Below, one piece after another: positions 1-10,001 of a DNA stretch of 46,728 bases. The position numbers and the translations under genes were made by a program. The stretch lies in the sequence record SRR22947727_5003; one strand, 5' to 3'. How positions within the stretch are numbered: the stretch's first letter is position 1; every line of letters starts with the position of its first letter. A model generated the notes under the pieces. The model did no database searches. It was not told the origin of the DNA and worked only from the letters and a program-made list of their open reading frames with translations.

Positions 1-141
1 CGCTTCGGCGTCCATCCAGGCCATCATGAGCACTGCTCGTGAGGAAATATCCTGCGCGATGCAGGGAATGAGACCATCCGCCGAAAAGGTCGCACGCTCG
101 AGAATGGCGGGGTCCGCCTCAACTACCCACGACGTACTCAT
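1..141 (-). CDS. hisI: Phosphoribosyl-AMP cyclohydrolase, 5' part only (runs off the window edge)
   Basis: Manual translation from ATG at 141 gives [47 protein letters not shown], matching the HisI N-terminus (GLIP.I.QD.....VLM.AWM..EA). ATGA overlap with the hisF stop. Confidence 0.9.
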   Translation of the reverse strand, partial: MSTSWVVEADPAILERATFSADGLIPCIAQDISSRAVLMMAWMDAEA

Positions 142-899
142 CTCACCACCGCCCCTGCGCCCTCGAGGGCACTCTTCACGTCTCGAATACTGACTTTATC
201 GTGGTGGAATATTGATGCTGCGAGCACAGCGTCAGCCCCGGCCTCATAGGCACCCACCGCATCCTGCGCGTTGCCGGCACCTCCTGAGGCGACGAGCGGA
301 AGCTGAGAGATCGCGCGAACATCGCGAATCATCTCGACATCGAAACCCTGTTTGGTCCCATCAGCATCGATGGAATTGAGAAGGATTTCTCCTGCCCCAC
401 GCTCGGACGCTTCGCGAACCCATTCGAGGGCATCAACACCAGCACTCTTGCGACCCCCGTGCGTCGTCACCACGTAACCCGAGGGCATTGCGGCGTCTCG
501 CTTTGCATCGACGGAAATCACACACACTTGTTGACCGAAATGCGCCGCGATCTCATCGAGGAGGTCTGGTCTGGCGAGAGCCGCACTGTTGACGCTAATT
601 TTGTCTGCGCCGTGCTCGAGGAGTGTTCCGACGTCAGAGACTGAGCGAACTCCGCCACCGACCGTCAACGGGATAAAGACGTTCTCAGCGGTGTGACGAA
701 CAAGGTCGAGGGTCGTCCTGCGGTCGTCCACGGTCGCGGTGACATCCAGAAAGGTGATCTCATCGGCGCCTTGCTCGCCATAGAGAGCGGCGAGTTCCAC
801 GGGGTCCCCCGCATCAACCAGGTCGAGGAAATTCACTCCCTTCACCACTCGCCCCTTGTCGACATCAAGGCAGGGAATGACCCGGACCGAGAGCGACAT
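138..899 (-). CDS. hisF: Imidazole glycerol phosphate synthase cyclase subunit
   Basis: [40 protein letters not shown] and ASGGAG motifs. Confidence 0.98.
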   Translation of the reverse strand: MSLSVRVIPCLDVDKGRVVKGVNFLDLVDAGDPVELAALYGEQGADEITFLDVTATVDDRRTTLDLVRHTAENVFIPLTVGGGVRSVSDVGTLLEHGADKISVNSAALARPDLLDEIAAHFGQQVCVISVDAKRDAAMPSGYVVTTHGGRKSAGVDALEWVREASERGAGEILLNSIDADGTKQGFDVEMIRDVRAISQLPLVASGGAGNAQDAVGAYEAGADAVLAASIFHHDKVSIRDVKSALEGAGAVVR

Positions 900-1744
900 T
901 AGATACGCGCTGCGTGAATGGCAGACACAAGAATCGCGCGAGCGCCGAGAGCGTAGAGCTTGTCCATGACCTGGTTGGCGTCATCCCTGGGAACCATAGC
1001 CCGGACCGCAACCCAGGAAGGATCACGGAGCGGTGAGACGGTAGGTGATTCCAGTCCCGGTGTAATCGCTGACGCCTCTTCCAGGAGGGCTTGCGGCAGG
1101 TCGTAATCCATCAGCACGTACTGCTTTGCCACCCACACTCCGTGGAGCCTCCTGCGCAAGGTCTCGATACCAGGAATATCGGGCGTGAGACTGATGAGAA
1201 TTGCCTCCGACTCCAGGATCACGGGACCAAAGATCTCTAGCCCTTGAGCCTTCAGGGTCGCTCCCGTCGAGACGACATCGGCGACAGCATCGGCGACCCC
1301 CAAACGGACGGCAGATTCCACGGCGCCATCGAGTGTCACGATGTCGGCCGTCACACCGGCTTTCGCCAAAAAGTCTCCAACCAGACCTGGGTAGGAGGTC
1401 GCGACACGTTTACCGTTGAGGTCTGACACCTCGGAAATCCCCGCGGGTCCGGCGAATCGAAAGGTCGAGTGACCGAAACCCAAAGGCTGAATCTCGAGGG
1501 CCTCGGTGTCGGAATCCAATAACAGGTCGCGGCCGGTGATCCCTACATCCAGGGCACCCGACCCCACGTATGTGGCAATGTCCCGTGGTCTGAGGAAGAA
1601 GAATTCCACGCCGTTACGAGGATCGGGGACAGTGAGTGCGCGGGGGTCTCGCCGGCCGACATAACCGGCCTCGACGAGCATCGCACTGGCGGTGTCGGAC
1701 AGTGTCCCTTTATTGGGAACGGCAATGCGCAACGGTTCGCTCAT
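899..1744 (-). CDS. hisG: ATP phosphoribosyltransferase, long form with C-terminal regulatory domain
   Basis: [24 protein letters not shown]...[17 protein letters not shown] and the C-terminal ESPTVSPL motif. Confidence 0.97.
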   Translation of the reverse strand: MSEPLRIAVPNKGTLSDTASAMLVEAGYVGRRDPRALTVPDPRNGVEFFFLRPRDIATYVGSGALDVGITGRDLLLDSDTEALEIQPLGFGHSTFRFAGPAGISEVSDLNGKRVATSYPGLVGDFLAKAGVTADIVTLDGAVESAVRLGVADAVADVVSTGATLKAQGLEIFGPVILESEAILISLTPDIPGIETLRRRLHGVWVAKQYVLMDYDLPQALLEEASAITPGLESPTVSPLRDPSWVAVRAMVPRDDANQVMDKLYALGARAILVSAIHAARI

Positions 1745-2004
1745 AGTTCCCGATACACATCCTCAGTGGTCAGTCCTTTAGCAAGCATCAGAACCTGGAG
1801 GTGATAAATCAGCTGCGAGATTTCGATCGCCAAAGCCTCAGAGCTCTCGTGTTCGGCCGCCATCCAGACCTCTGATGCTTCTTCCACAATTTTCTTACCA
1901 ATTGCGTGAACACCCTTATCTAGCAGGGCTACCGTACCGGAGCCCTCTGGCCGCTGGGTGGAGAGTGCCTGGAGCTCGAGAAAGAGGTCGTCGAAGGTTT
2001 TCAC
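1741..2004 (-). CDS. hisE: Phosphoribosyl-ATP pyrophosphatase (87 aa; start moved to GTG at 2004)
   Basis: [11 protein letters not shown]...GSGT...[30 protein letters not shown]. The upstream extension in the ORF track overlaps the FKBP gene and is spurious. Confidence 0.95.
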   Translation of the reverse strand: MKTFDDLFLELQALSTQRPEGSGTVALLDKGVHAIGKKIVEEASEVWMAAEHESSEALAIEISQLIYHLQVLMLAKGLTTEDVYREL

Positions 2005-2010
2005 AACCCC

Positions 2011-2016
2011 AGGGTA
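2011..2016 (-). promoter_or_regulatory. Putative -10 element (TACCCT) for a leaderless hisE transcript
   Basis: TANNNT hexamer exactly 6 nt upstream of the GTG start, with no Shine-Dalgarno sequence. Confidence 0.55.
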
Positions 2017-2029
2017 CCGGGCAAGAGCA

Positions 2030-2395
2030 CTAGCGGGTGCCCAGAAGATCGATCGCGAAGACCAGAGTTCTGCCCGAGAGACGGTGCCCTCCACCGGCTG
2101 GACCGTAGGCCCACGCAGGCGGGCAGGTGAGGAGCCTGCGACCACCAACCTTCATTCCCGGAATCCCCTCTTGCCAGCCTTTGATCAGGCTTGTCAGGGG
2201 GAACTGAATCGACTCACCCCTGCTCCATGAAGAATCAAACTCTTCGCCTGTCTCGAAATCAACGCCCACGTAATGAACCTCTACGACAGAGCCAGGAGCG
2301 GCCTCGTCTCCCTCCCCGAGGAAAACATCCTCCACCACCATCTCGGTCGGCTCAGGGCCCATTTGTGGCTCAATCTCGGGTTTGGTGCGGTCCAT
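2030..2395 (-). CDS. FKBP-type peptidyl-prolyl cis-trans isomerase (121 aa; start ATG at 2395)
   Basis: VHYVG....[10 protein letters not shown]....[26 protein letters not shown] motif set. GAGGAAAGGA purine tract upstream of the ATG. Confidence 0.95.
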   Translation of the reverse strand: MDRTKPEIEPQMGPEPTEMVVEDVFLGEGDEAAPGSVVEVHYVGVDFETGEEFDSSWSRGESIQFPLTSLIKGWQEGIPGMKVGGRRLLTCPPAWAYGPAGGGHRLSGRTLVFAIDLLGTR

Positions 2396-2397
2396 GC

Positions 2398-3063
2398 TTA
2401 GTTCCTTTCCTCGGACTGTACGGAGTTGCGTAACGCTTCGATGTTGTCTGCTGGTTCTCCGTGACCGTAAACACTGGAGCCAGCGACGAAGGTATTCGCG
2501 CCATGGCGCCATGCGATAGGGAGCGTCTCTACCGTGATGCCGCCATCTACTTCCACAAGCGGGCTGAGCCCGTTCTGGTCCAGGTATTCCCGCAACTGCT
2601 CGAGCTTCGGCATCATCTCGGACATGAAGGGTTGACCTCCGGCACCGGGCTCAACGGTCATCACCAGCACCATGTCGGCCATATGAAAGAAATCCTTATA
2701 CGGATCGAGCGGCGTCCCAGGTTTTAGAGCGATGCCCGCTTTGGCCCCATAGGACTGAATGGAGCGCAACGTCGATCCCACATCATGAGCCGCTTCCACA
2801 TGAAACGTCACAGACTGCGCTCCAATCTCGGCATATCCAGGAGCAAACGCATCCGCATGGTTAACCATCAAATGAACGTCGAGGGGCACGGGTGAAACCT
2901 CGACGATGCGCTTCACCATCTGCGGTCCAAACGTGAGGGCTTGGACAAAGTGGTTGTCCATGACGTCCACGTGCACGGCATCCGCCGTACTAATTCGCTG
3001 GAGTTCCGCTTCCATATTGACAAAGTCAGCAGAAAGCACGCTCGGGTGCAGGCGGATATCCAC
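2398..3063 (-). CDS. rpe: Ribulose-phosphate 3-epimerase
   Basis: PSVLSADF, HVDVMDNHFV, LDVHLM, VMTVEPG.GGQ, EVDGGI and VAGS motifs. Confidence 0.97.
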   Translation of the reverse strand: MDIRLHPSVLSADFVNMEAELQRISTADAVHVDVMDNHFVQALTFGPQMVKRIVEVSPVPLDVHLMVNHADAFAPGYAEIGAQSVTFHVEAAHDVGSTLRSIQSYGAKAGIALKPGTPLDPYKDFFHMADMVLVMTVEPGAGGQPFMSEMMPKLEQLREYLDQNGLSPLVEVDGGITVETLPIAWRHGANTFVAGSSVYGHGEPADNIEALRNSVQSEERN

Positions 3064-3069
3064 TCCCTC

Positions 3070-3075
3070 AGCCTA
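3070..3075 (-). promoter_or_regulatory. Putative -10 element (TAGGCT) for a leaderless rpe transcript
   Basis: TANNNT hexamer 6 nt upstream of the GTG start. Confidence 0.55.
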
Positions 3076-3076
3076 C

Positions 3077-4417
3077 CTAGAGCGAACGCTGGATCAGTTG
3101 AATAAACATGGCATCGGTCCCGTGGCGGTGGGTCCAGAGCTGGACTGCTGTGCCGCGACGGTGCCCCGTAATCGGACTTGTCACGATCCCCTCCAATACG
3201 GCGGATGTGTCCAGGAGTGTCAGTCGCTCATCATCACTCACAACCCTGTTGATTACCGCCGTGGTCTCCTCGACCACTGGCGAGCACGTGACGTAGGCCA
3301 GGAAACCTCCCGGTGCGAGCGAGTTGAGACCGTTCCGAAGCAACGCTTCCTGCAGCTCTCTCAACGCTGGAACGCTCTCTGGTGTCTTAACCCAGCGCGC
3401 CTCTGGTCGACGCCGCAGGGCGCCCAGTCCGGAGCAGGGCGCATCAAGCAAAATCCGCGAAAATCTCTCGGCGCGTGGGCGACGTGAGTCGCCAACTTCG
3501 ACGATCATGTCCGTGGGCAATTTGTCCGTGATGGCCGACGTCGAATCTTCCACGAGCGTGGACCTGTGCTCGGAGATTTCGCTGGCAAGCACCGACGCTC
3601 CTACGGCGCACGCTTCCGCACCCAGGACCGCCGTTTTGCCTCCCGGACCAGCACACATGTCCCAAATTCGCTCGGCGGCCGCGAGAGGGGCCACTCGTGT
3701 CAGGAGAAGTGCGGCCAGCTGTGAACCCTCATCTTGGACACGGATGAACTTCTGCGTGACACCCTGAACTCTGCGGGGGTCTCCTCCTTGGAGGGTGGAG
3801 CCAATCGGCGAATAGTGGGTGGCAGACGCCTCCCCCGGTTCGGAGAACCCCGGAAGGTGACACAGCGTGACAAGAGGTGCCTGGTTGTGAGAGTCGAGGG
3901 CTTGCTCGAGCTCTCCCGCACCTTCGCACTCTGCCAGTGCGCTCTCAAGCTCCGCGGCAATCCAGGAGGGATGGGAGCGCAGAGACGCAGTTGACTGGCC
4001 AATAACTCGTTCCCAGTACTCCGCCGGATGAGCTGAGACAGCTCTCAGAGCAGCATTGACGAGGCCTGCAACCCGGTGGAGGCCGCGATTTTTTGCGAGA
4101 CGGACACTCTCGTTGACAGCTGCGTGGGTTTCGACCCGCATACGGAGTAGCTGGTACACCCCCAACCTGAGGAGTACGCGGACCTCTGGTTCGAGGGAGG
4201 AAGAGTCTCGATGGGTTGCCTTTTGGATGACAGCATCCAGTTCTCCCTGAGCTCGAAGTGACCCGTACACCAGTTCAGTCACGAAGCCACGGTCACGCTC
4301 ATCAAGATCTGAGCGTCCCAAGGCGACAGGGAGAGCCAAGTTCGCGTACGCACCATCACGTTCCACGGCAACCCCAACGTCGAACGCAACTTCCCGGGAC
4401 ACGGCACCGTTAAGCAC
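3077..4417 (-). CDS. rsmB: 16S rRNA m5C967 methyltransferase (RsmB/Sun/Fmu), NusB-like N-terminal domain
   Basis: NusB-like N-terminus, VQDEGSQ, DMCAGPGGKT, LLDAPCSGLG..RRRPE and the YVTCS catalytic cysteine motif. Lies downstream of fmt. Confidence 0.93.
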   Translation of the reverse strand: MLNGAVSREVAFDVGVAVERDGAYANLALPVALGRSDLDERDRGFVTELVYGSLRAQGELDAVIQKATHRDSSSLEPEVRVLLRLGVYQLLRMRVETHAAVNESVRLAKNRGLHRVAGLVNAALRAVSAHPAEYWERVIGQSTASLRSHPSWIAAELESALAECEGAGELEQALDSHNQAPLVTLCHLPGFSEPGEASATHYSPIGSTLQGGDPRRVQGVTQKFIRVQDEGSQLAALLLTRVAPLAAAERIWDMCAGPGGKTAVLGAEACAVGASVLASEISEHRSTLVEDSTSAITDKLPTDMIVEVGDSRRPRAERFSRILLDAPCSGLGALRRRPEARWVKTPESVPALRELQEALLRNGLNSLAPGGFLAYVTCSPVVEETTAVINRVVSDDERLTLLDTSAVLEGIVTSPITGHRRGTAVQLWTHRHGTDAMFIQLIQRSL

Positions 4418-5330
4418 GGAACCCCACTCCAGGTGGAAGCCCTCGGAACCAATCCTTGGCCTGCATGACAGACTTTCCAGCCGGTTGAACAGAGGTCAAG
4501 ACGATCGCTGTAGTCCCCGTCCCGACAGAGACGCCCTCCGAATGGCTTGCGAGAGCGCCAGGGCGGAGACCGCCCTGGGCCACGTCATGCCAGGCGGAGA
4601 TGACCTTGACCTGTTGCTCGTTATCATCCCGAAGGGCAAAGCATCCTGGCTCATCGCCCCAGGCCCTCAACTGGTTATAGATGTCCTCGGCGCTCTTCGA
4701 CCAGTCGATGGACCCGACATTCCTTCTGGGTTTGGGAGCAAAACTTGGCTCTCCCTGTTGCGCCGACACCCTTAGCGAACCAGCATCAATATCCTCGAGC
4801 AGGGTCAAAACAGGTTCCGGCGCCATCTCTGCAAGCTTGGCGAGGACCCCACTGGCCGTGTCGTGAGGTGCAATCATGTATGTCCGCACTTGAGCCACGG
4901 GTCCAGTATCGAGACCCTGCTGGATGCGAAAAACGCTGACCCCGGTCTCCTCATCCCCGGCCGCCACCGCATAGGGAACGGGCGCGGCGCCCCTCCACCG
5001 AGGCAGCAGGGAAAAATGAACATTCCACCAGCCCTGAGGAACGCTCGAAAGCTCCTCCTCGCCCAACATTCGCCCATATGCGACCACAATGACGACGTCT
5101 GGCTTCCAGATACTCAGCGCTGCCATAACACCTTCTGTAGTCCCCGGGGTGGCCACAGGAACTCTGAGCTCCTCCGCCGCTAGTGCCACCGGAGTGGGGG
5201 TTAGTACCTGTTTTCTGCCTACCGGACGCGCAGGTTGGGTCAGTACACCCTCGAGAGTGTGGGAAGAGGCGTGGAGAGCCTTCAAGGTAGGAAGTGCAAC
5301 TTCAGGACTCCCGGCAAAGACGATGCGCAT
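4410..5330 (-). CDS. fmt: Methionyl-tRNA formyltransferase
   Basis: MRIVFAGSPE.A, VVAYG, NVHFSLLPRWRGAAP and LDTGP motifs. Confidence 0.97.
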   Translation of the reverse strand: MRIVFAGSPEVALPTLKALHASSHTLEGVLTQPARPVGRKQVLTPTPVALAAEELRVPVATPGTTEGVMAALSIWKPDVVIVVAYGRMLGEEELSSVPQGWWNVHFSLLPRWRGAAPVPYAVAAGDEETGVSVFRIQQGLDTGPVAQVRTYMIAPHDTASGVLAKLAEMAPEPVLTLLEDIDAGSLRVSAQQGEPSFAPKPRRNVGSIDWSKSAEDIYNQLRAWGDEPGCFALRDDNEQQVKVISAWHDVAQGGLRPGALASHSEGVSVGTGTTAIVLTSVQPAGKSVMQAKDWFRGLPPGVGFRA

Positions 5331-5337
5331 TTCACTG

Positions 5338-5343
5338 AGCCTA
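5338..5343 (-). promoter_or_regulatory. Putative -10 element (TAGGCT) for a leaderless fmt transcript
   Basis: TANNNT hexamer 7 nt upstream of the ATG in a 38-nt intergenic gap, with no SD. Confidence 0.55.
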
Positions 5344-5368
5344 GTAATGGCGACCGCTCAGGGTGATG

Positions 5369-7333
5369 TCACTCTCCCGCGAGTGTGTCGAGCGCCAGTG
5401 GATCATCCACCACAATCTTGACTCTCTCCACTGCGGTTCGTCGCGGACCACTGGCCATCTTCTGTCTCCAGGACGCAAGCTCCTTCACCACGGACTCCCC
5501 GAGCGCATAAGGAAAGCGAACCACAGAGAGCACCGCGCCATCGGCGACTGGCACGGGTCCTAAGGAGTCAATCTGTGTCGACAGGGACCGCATCGCATCA
5601 CAGATCGCATCGACGTCCTGAGAGGGCCCTGTAAGCGACGCTATGCGCAGAGACGGAGGGAGCTTGAGGGCCACACGCTGGGACAACTCGTGACGAAACA
5701 GTTGCGTCCAGGTTCCTGCCGCGAGCGCCATAGCTGGCGGACCGTCAAGATCGGTGACATAGCAAAGCCCGTCATCAGCGGTGTAAGAGACCGCGTGCTC
5801 CCATGAGTGGACCGACTCTTCGAGGGCGCCCAGAGAGTCGCGTTGCAACATTGCGGCACCATCCAAGAGCAAAACCATCGCGTAACCTCCTGGAGTCACA
5901 GGCTCTGACCCTCTTGTCGCCACCACAAGAGCAGGAGCATCTGGAACGAGGACGACCCGGTTCTCTCCATCTGACCGAATAATCGCGACCGAGGGAAAAG
6001 ACTTACCGAGATCTGCAACCGTGCGCCCAATTCCTTGCCCGCGAGGCTGGAGCGTCAAGCTTGAGCACTCAGGACAGGCCCACCGTGCAGCCACTACACC
6101 GCACCATAGGCAGGTGGGATTGCTACTCGCGGAGGACTTCCGCAAGGGTCCGCCACAGTGGGCGCACGATGCTTTTGACTTGCATTGTGCGCAGCTGAGG
6201 CCGGGCGAAAAACCGCTCCGGAAGACCTGAATGAGAACTGGACCGTCGTTCAGAGCAACCTTCACCGCCTGGTAAACGCTCGAAGGGAGGCGAGCCGGGG
6301 ACGACAGAGCTTCCTGGCCCAAGGTCAGCGATGTCGGGATGACGCGCGGTCGGGTACTTCCCGCCGAGGAGTGTTCGGCTATGTATCCCATGTCAATCCA
6401 TCGGCGCACAGCCAAGCTCGGCGTCACGCTCGCAAAGCACACAGCAACGTTCTCCATCGAGTTTCTCAACAGAGCAACATCCCTGGAATGGGGGTAGGGG
6501 GCTAATGGTTCTCGATGTGCCGAGTCCGCATCATCGAGAACGATAATGAGTCCGAGCTTGTGCGCTGGGGCGTACACAGCATGACGGCTGCCCAGAACAA
6601 TGACGGGCGAGGGTTCGAGCGTGCGAAGGTAGTGGGCATAACGCTCAGCCGGTGGCTGATCGCCGGCGAGCAGAGAAATTCGATCCTCGGGCACAAGATC
6701 TCTCAGTACGGCCCAACACTGTTCGACATCACGCCAATCCGGGCAGACAACGATGACGGATTGACCCTCGGCCAGCGCCTGAACGGCAATGTGCGCGACA
6801 GACTCCCGGGAACGAGGAACGACTGTGCCCGTGGGGGATGTCGTCATCCCATAGGGCAAACAAAGGCTGGAACGAATTCCCGAGCCGATCACCTCGGAGG
6901 CCACAGGTGCTGTGGGTTCAAGGACTGGTGCCTCCCACTGATCACTCTGTGAGGCGTCAAGGGCTGATCCGTCTCGCCACCAGGCCTTTTCCGCCTTGAC
7001 GTAGCGCTTCGGTATCGCAAGCCTCAGAACATCAGCAGCGTTACCCGCTGACCTCGACGCCACTGCGCTCGCAAGATTCCAGAGACGTGGGGGAAGGACG
7101 GGAACTGGGGAGACTAGTTCTGCAATCGCCGCCAGCTTTCCCGAATGCTCTGTCTCGCCGGAACACTCGATTACATAGCCCTCGGCGAGCCTTTTGGCAG
7201 AGCGCAATGGAACCCGGACACGAACACCCTGTTGGACGTCGAGCTCTGGAGGAATCTGATAGTCAAATAGCCGACTGAGCTGTGGCAGGCGAGAGTCCAG
7301 AACAACTCGTGCTACTCGCCTACTATCGCTCAC
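5369..7333 (-). CDS. priA: Primosomal protein N' (actinobacterial type, degenerate helicase motifs)
   Basis: N-terminal 3'-DNA-binding domain (FDY.IP....GVRVRVP), four CxxC pairs (CAQC, CAHC, CLWC, CPEC) and metK-priA-fmt synteny. Confidence 0.9.
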   Translation of the reverse strand: MSDSRRVARVVLDSRLPQLSRLFDYQIPPELDVQQGVRVRVPLRSAKRLAEGYVIECSGETEHSGKLAAIAELVSPVPVLPPRLWNLASAVASRSAGNAADVLRLAIPKRYVKAEKAWWRDGSALDASQSDQWEAPVLEPTAPVASEVIGSGIRSSLCLPYGMTTSPTGTVVPRSRESVAHIAVQALAEGQSVIVVCPDWRDVEQCWAVLRDLVPEDRISLLAGDQPPAERYAHYLRTLEPSPVIVLGSRHAVYAPAHKLGLIIVLDDADSAHREPLAPYPHSRDVALLRNSMENVAVCFASVTPSLAVRRWIDMGYIAEHSSAGSTRPRVIPTSLTLGQEALSSPARLPSSVYQAVKVALNDGPVLIQVFRSGFSPGLSCAQCKSKASCAHCGGPLRKSSASSNPTCLWCGVVAARWACPECSSLTLQPRGQGIGRTVADLGKSFPSVAIIRSDGENRVVLVPDAPALVVATRGSEPVTPGGYAMVLLLDGAAMLQRDSLGALEESVHSWEHAVSYTADDGLCYVTDLDGPPAMALAAGTWTQLFRHELSQRVALKLPPSLRIASLTGPSQDVDAICDAMRSLSTQIDSLGPVPVADGAVLSVVRFPYALGESVVKELASWRQKMASGPRRTAVERVKIVVDDPLALDTLAGE

Positions 7334-8514
7334 AATCCACTAGCTTGGCGCAACTCCTCCACACGGTTAAGTCGCTCCCACGGAAAATCGTGATCTGTGC
7401 GTCCAAAATGCCCGTAGGCGGCGGTCGGGAGGAAGGGTGTATCCAGCAATTCGAGTTGCTCGATAATCGCCTTAGGGCGGAGATCAAACACGGTCGCAAT
7501 GGCGTTTTCGATGGTCTCTGCCGGTACCTTTTCCGTACCGAAGGTCTCAACGAAAATGCTCACGGGGTGGGCGGTTCCAATCGCATAGGAGACCTGAATC
7601 TCTGCTTTGTCCGCCAGCCCTGCCGCGACAACGTTCTTAGCAACCCAGCGCAACGCGTACGCCGCTGAGCGGTCAACCTTCGTGGGGTCCTTCCCGCTGA
7701 AGGCACCGCCACCGTGACGGGACGCCCCGCCGTAGGTATCCACGATGATCTTTCGCCCGGTCAAACCGGCATCACCATCAGGTCCTCCCGTAACGAAGGG
7801 TCCGCTGGGGTTGATGAGATACCGCGTGTGAGAAGCATCGAGATCCACCAACTCAAGGACAGGTTCGATGACATGCTTCTTCAGGTCCGCCTCAATCTGG
7901 TCGTGCTCCGCCCCCGGGTCGTGTTGTGTTGAGATCACCACGGTGGTCAGTTCGACAGCTTTGCCATCCTCAAACCCAATGGTCACCTGAGTCTTTCCGT
8001 CAGGCCGCAAGTAGGGAACCAAACCTGACTTTCGGGCGACTGACAGTTGCTGCGCGAGACGGTGCGCGAGCCATAGGGGCATGGGCATGTAGGACTCGGT
8101 CTCGGTGGTCGCAAATCCGAACATGATTCCCTGATCGCCGGCCCCAAGAGTGTCGTAGGGGTCGACCGAGCCCCCACTCCGAGCTTCTAAAGCCGAATCG
8201 ACGCCATGAGCAATATCCGCCGATTGCTGTCCCAGCGAGAGGTGCCACGCAAAGCCATCTGCATCGATACCAATTGAGACATCTGTGTAGCCGATGGAGC
8301 GCACGAGATCACGCACGATCTTCTCAACGTCGACTGTGGCGTTGGAGGTGACCTCACCGGCAACATGGATCATGTTTCCGGCACTCAGTGACTCGATGGC
8401 GCACCGGGAATTCTTGTCCCCCGCCAGGAACGCGTCGAGCAATGCATCACTGATTTGGTCGCACATCTTGTCAGGATGACCCTCAGTGACCGATTCTGAA
8501 CTGAAGTACCTCAT
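7330..8514 (-). CDS. metK: S-adenosylmethionine synthetase
   Basis: [40 protein letters not shown] and [17 protein letters not shown] motifs. Confidence 0.98.
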   Translation of the reverse strand: MRYFSSESVTEGHPDKMCDQISDALLDAFLAGDKNSRCAIESLSAGNMIHVAGEVTSNATVDVEKIVRDLVRSIGYTDVSIGIDADGFAWHLSLGQQSADIAHGVDSALEARSGGSVDPYDTLGAGDQGIMFGFATTETESYMPMPLWLAHRLAQQLSVARKSGLVPYLRPDGKTQVTIGFEDGKAVELTTVVISTQHDPGAEHDQIEADLKKHVIEPVLELVDLDASHTRYLINPSGPFVTGGPDGDAGLTGRKIIVDTYGGASRHGGGAFSGKDPTKVDRSAAYALRWVAKNVVAAGLADKAEIQVSYAIGTAHPVSIFVETFGTEKVPAETIENAIATVFDLRPKAIIEQLELLDTPFLPTAAYGHFGRTDHDFPWERLNRVEELRQASGL

Positions 8515-8523
8515 GAGCCCTAC

Positions 8524-9711
8524 CTAGAGTTCGGGCAGAGCGTCCAAGAGCCGCCCCGCAACGGAAGATTTTGTTCCTTCGAACGTCAGCGACTGCGGGC
8601 TCGCGGTAATCAATATCACTGCTGTTTCAACTTCGCCAAATCCTACCTGGTCACCCACAAGGTTGAGAACTATGGCGTCAGATTTCTTAACTTTGAGCTT
8701 CACTCGGGCGGACGACTCTCGTTGCGTTGAATCAACGTCGGTTTCTGCTGCGAAGCCAACGAGAAGCTGTCCTGTTGTCTTGGTCTCCCCCAGCTGGGCC
8801 AGAATGTCGGGCGTGCGCTCAAGCTCAGGCGTCCAATACTCCGGCTGATCGGCTTTACGAAGCTTCTGTGGTGAGGGGGTTCGCGCGCGCCAATCCGCCA
8901 CCGCTGCAGCCATAAGGATGATGTCGTGTGTGGGCTGAGCGGCCGCCATGGCGGCGAGCATGTCCTGTGCTGTAGAGACTGCAACGGTGTCGACTCCCCG
9001 AGGCAGAGGAACCTCAACATGGGAGTGGACAAGAGTTACCTGGGCACCCCGCAGCCTCGCGGCCTCAGCGAGGGCCACTCCCATCGCTCCTGAGGAACGA
9101 TTTCCTAGGTAACGTACGGGGTCCAACGGCTCTCTCGTCCCGCCTGCCGAAATCAAGATTCTCTTGCCCTCAAGAGACTGAGGTGTCAGAGTTGACAGAG
9201 CACAATTCACAATGGTCTCGGGGTCCGACATTCGACCCACGCCACTGTCATCACCGGTGAGCGGACCTGAGTCAGGACCTACGAAAAGCACACCCCGCTG
9301 GCGCAGGGTCTCAACGTTCGCCTGAACAGCCGGGTTTTCCCACATCTCTGTGTGCATTGCCGGCGCGAGTACTAGGGGTGCTGTCGCAGCAAGGAGTGTG
9401 GTCCCCAACAGATCACCCGCGAATCCCCCTGCAATCGAAGCGAGCGTGTGAGCGGTCGCGGGGCACACCACGATGAGATCGGCCTGCTGCCCCAGCGCAA
9501 CGTGACGTACTTCGGCGACACCATCAAACAAATCTGTTGGCACCGGGTTACGCGAGATTGCTTCCCAAGTCGGTAACCCGACGAACTTCAGTGCGGAGCC
9601 CGTCGGGATAACAGTCACGTGATGGCCTTGACGTACAAACTCTCGAACAACCGAGACGGCTTTGTAGGCGGCAATTCCACCGGCCACACCGACAATCACC
9701 CGCAAAGGCAT
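8524..9711 (-). CDS. coaBC: Bifunctional phosphopantothenoylcysteine decarboxylase/synthetase (start ATG 9711 preferred; alternative GTG 9735)
   Basis: GGIAAYK, PATA, PAMHTEMW, SAGGTREPLDPVRYLGNRSSG, AAAVAD and VGFAAET motifs. GAGGAG SD 6 nt before ATG 9711. Confidence 0.96.
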   Translation of the reverse strand: MPLRVIVGVAGGIAAYKAVSVVREFVRQGHHVTVIPTGSALKFVGLPTWEAISRNPVPTDLFDGVAEVRHVALGQQADLIVVCPATAHTLASIAGGFAGDLLGTTLLAATAPLVLAPAMHTEMWENPAVQANVETLRQRGVLFVGPDSGPLTGDDSGVGRMSDPETIVNCALSTLTPQSLEGKRILISAGGTREPLDPVRYLGNRSSGAMGVALAEAARLRGAQVTLVHSHVEVPLPRGVDTVAVSTAQDMLAAMAAAQPTHDIILMAAAVADWRARTPSPQKLRKADQPEYWTPELERTPDILAQLGETKTTGQLLVGFAAETDVDSTQRESSARVKLKVKKSDAIVLNLVGDQVGFGEVETAVILITASPQSLTFEGTKSSVAGRLLDALPEL

Positions 9712-9741
9712 ACTCTGCTCCTCTGATGAGGACACAGCGTC

Positions 9742-9999
9742 TTAGGACGCTGGACGGTTGAGAACTAGCTTGCCCTCGTTAATTTCACGCAACGCGATGC
9801 TCAAGGCCTTCTCGTCGATAGTCGAGGGCACGAGCGGTCCGACGTGGTCGTAGATGTTGCCATCACCGAGGTCGGAGTAGTACGCGTTAATCTGACGCGC
9901 GCGCTTCGCCGCGTAAATCACGAGCTGGTACTTGGAGTCAACCTTGCCCAACAACTCATCGATAGGTGGGTCAATGATTCCATCGCGATGTAACGACAT
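9742..9999 (-). CDS. rpoZ: RNA polymerase omega subunit
   Basis: [32 protein letters not shown]...GPLV.....K.LSIALREI. gmk-rpoZ-coaBC synteny. Confidence 0.97.
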   Translation of the reverse strand: MSLHRDGIIDPPIDELLGKVDSKYQLVIYAAKRARQINAYYSDLGDGNIYDHVGPLVPSTIDEKALSIALREINEGKLVLNRPAS

Positions 10000-10001
10000 A
10001 T

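Noticed and set aside
2005..2512. Long N-terminal extensions on hisE and FKBP in the ORF track (similarly aroE to 24676 and pdxT to 42919)
   Set aside because: The extensions overlap upstream genes. Family N-termini and -10/SD placement support the shorter starts, so these are not fusions.
8515..8526. SAM riboswitch or promoter upstream of metK
   Set aside because: Only 9 nt separate coaBC and metK, and the TAGGTA hexamer at the stop codon lacks the conserved final T.
9230..9290. CoaBC lacks the cysteine of the E. coli-type decarboxylase clamp (reads GPLTGDDSGVGRM)
   Set aside because: A cysteine-free G.LTG.DSG.GR motif is the normal actinobacterial form as I recall, so this does not indicate inactivation.
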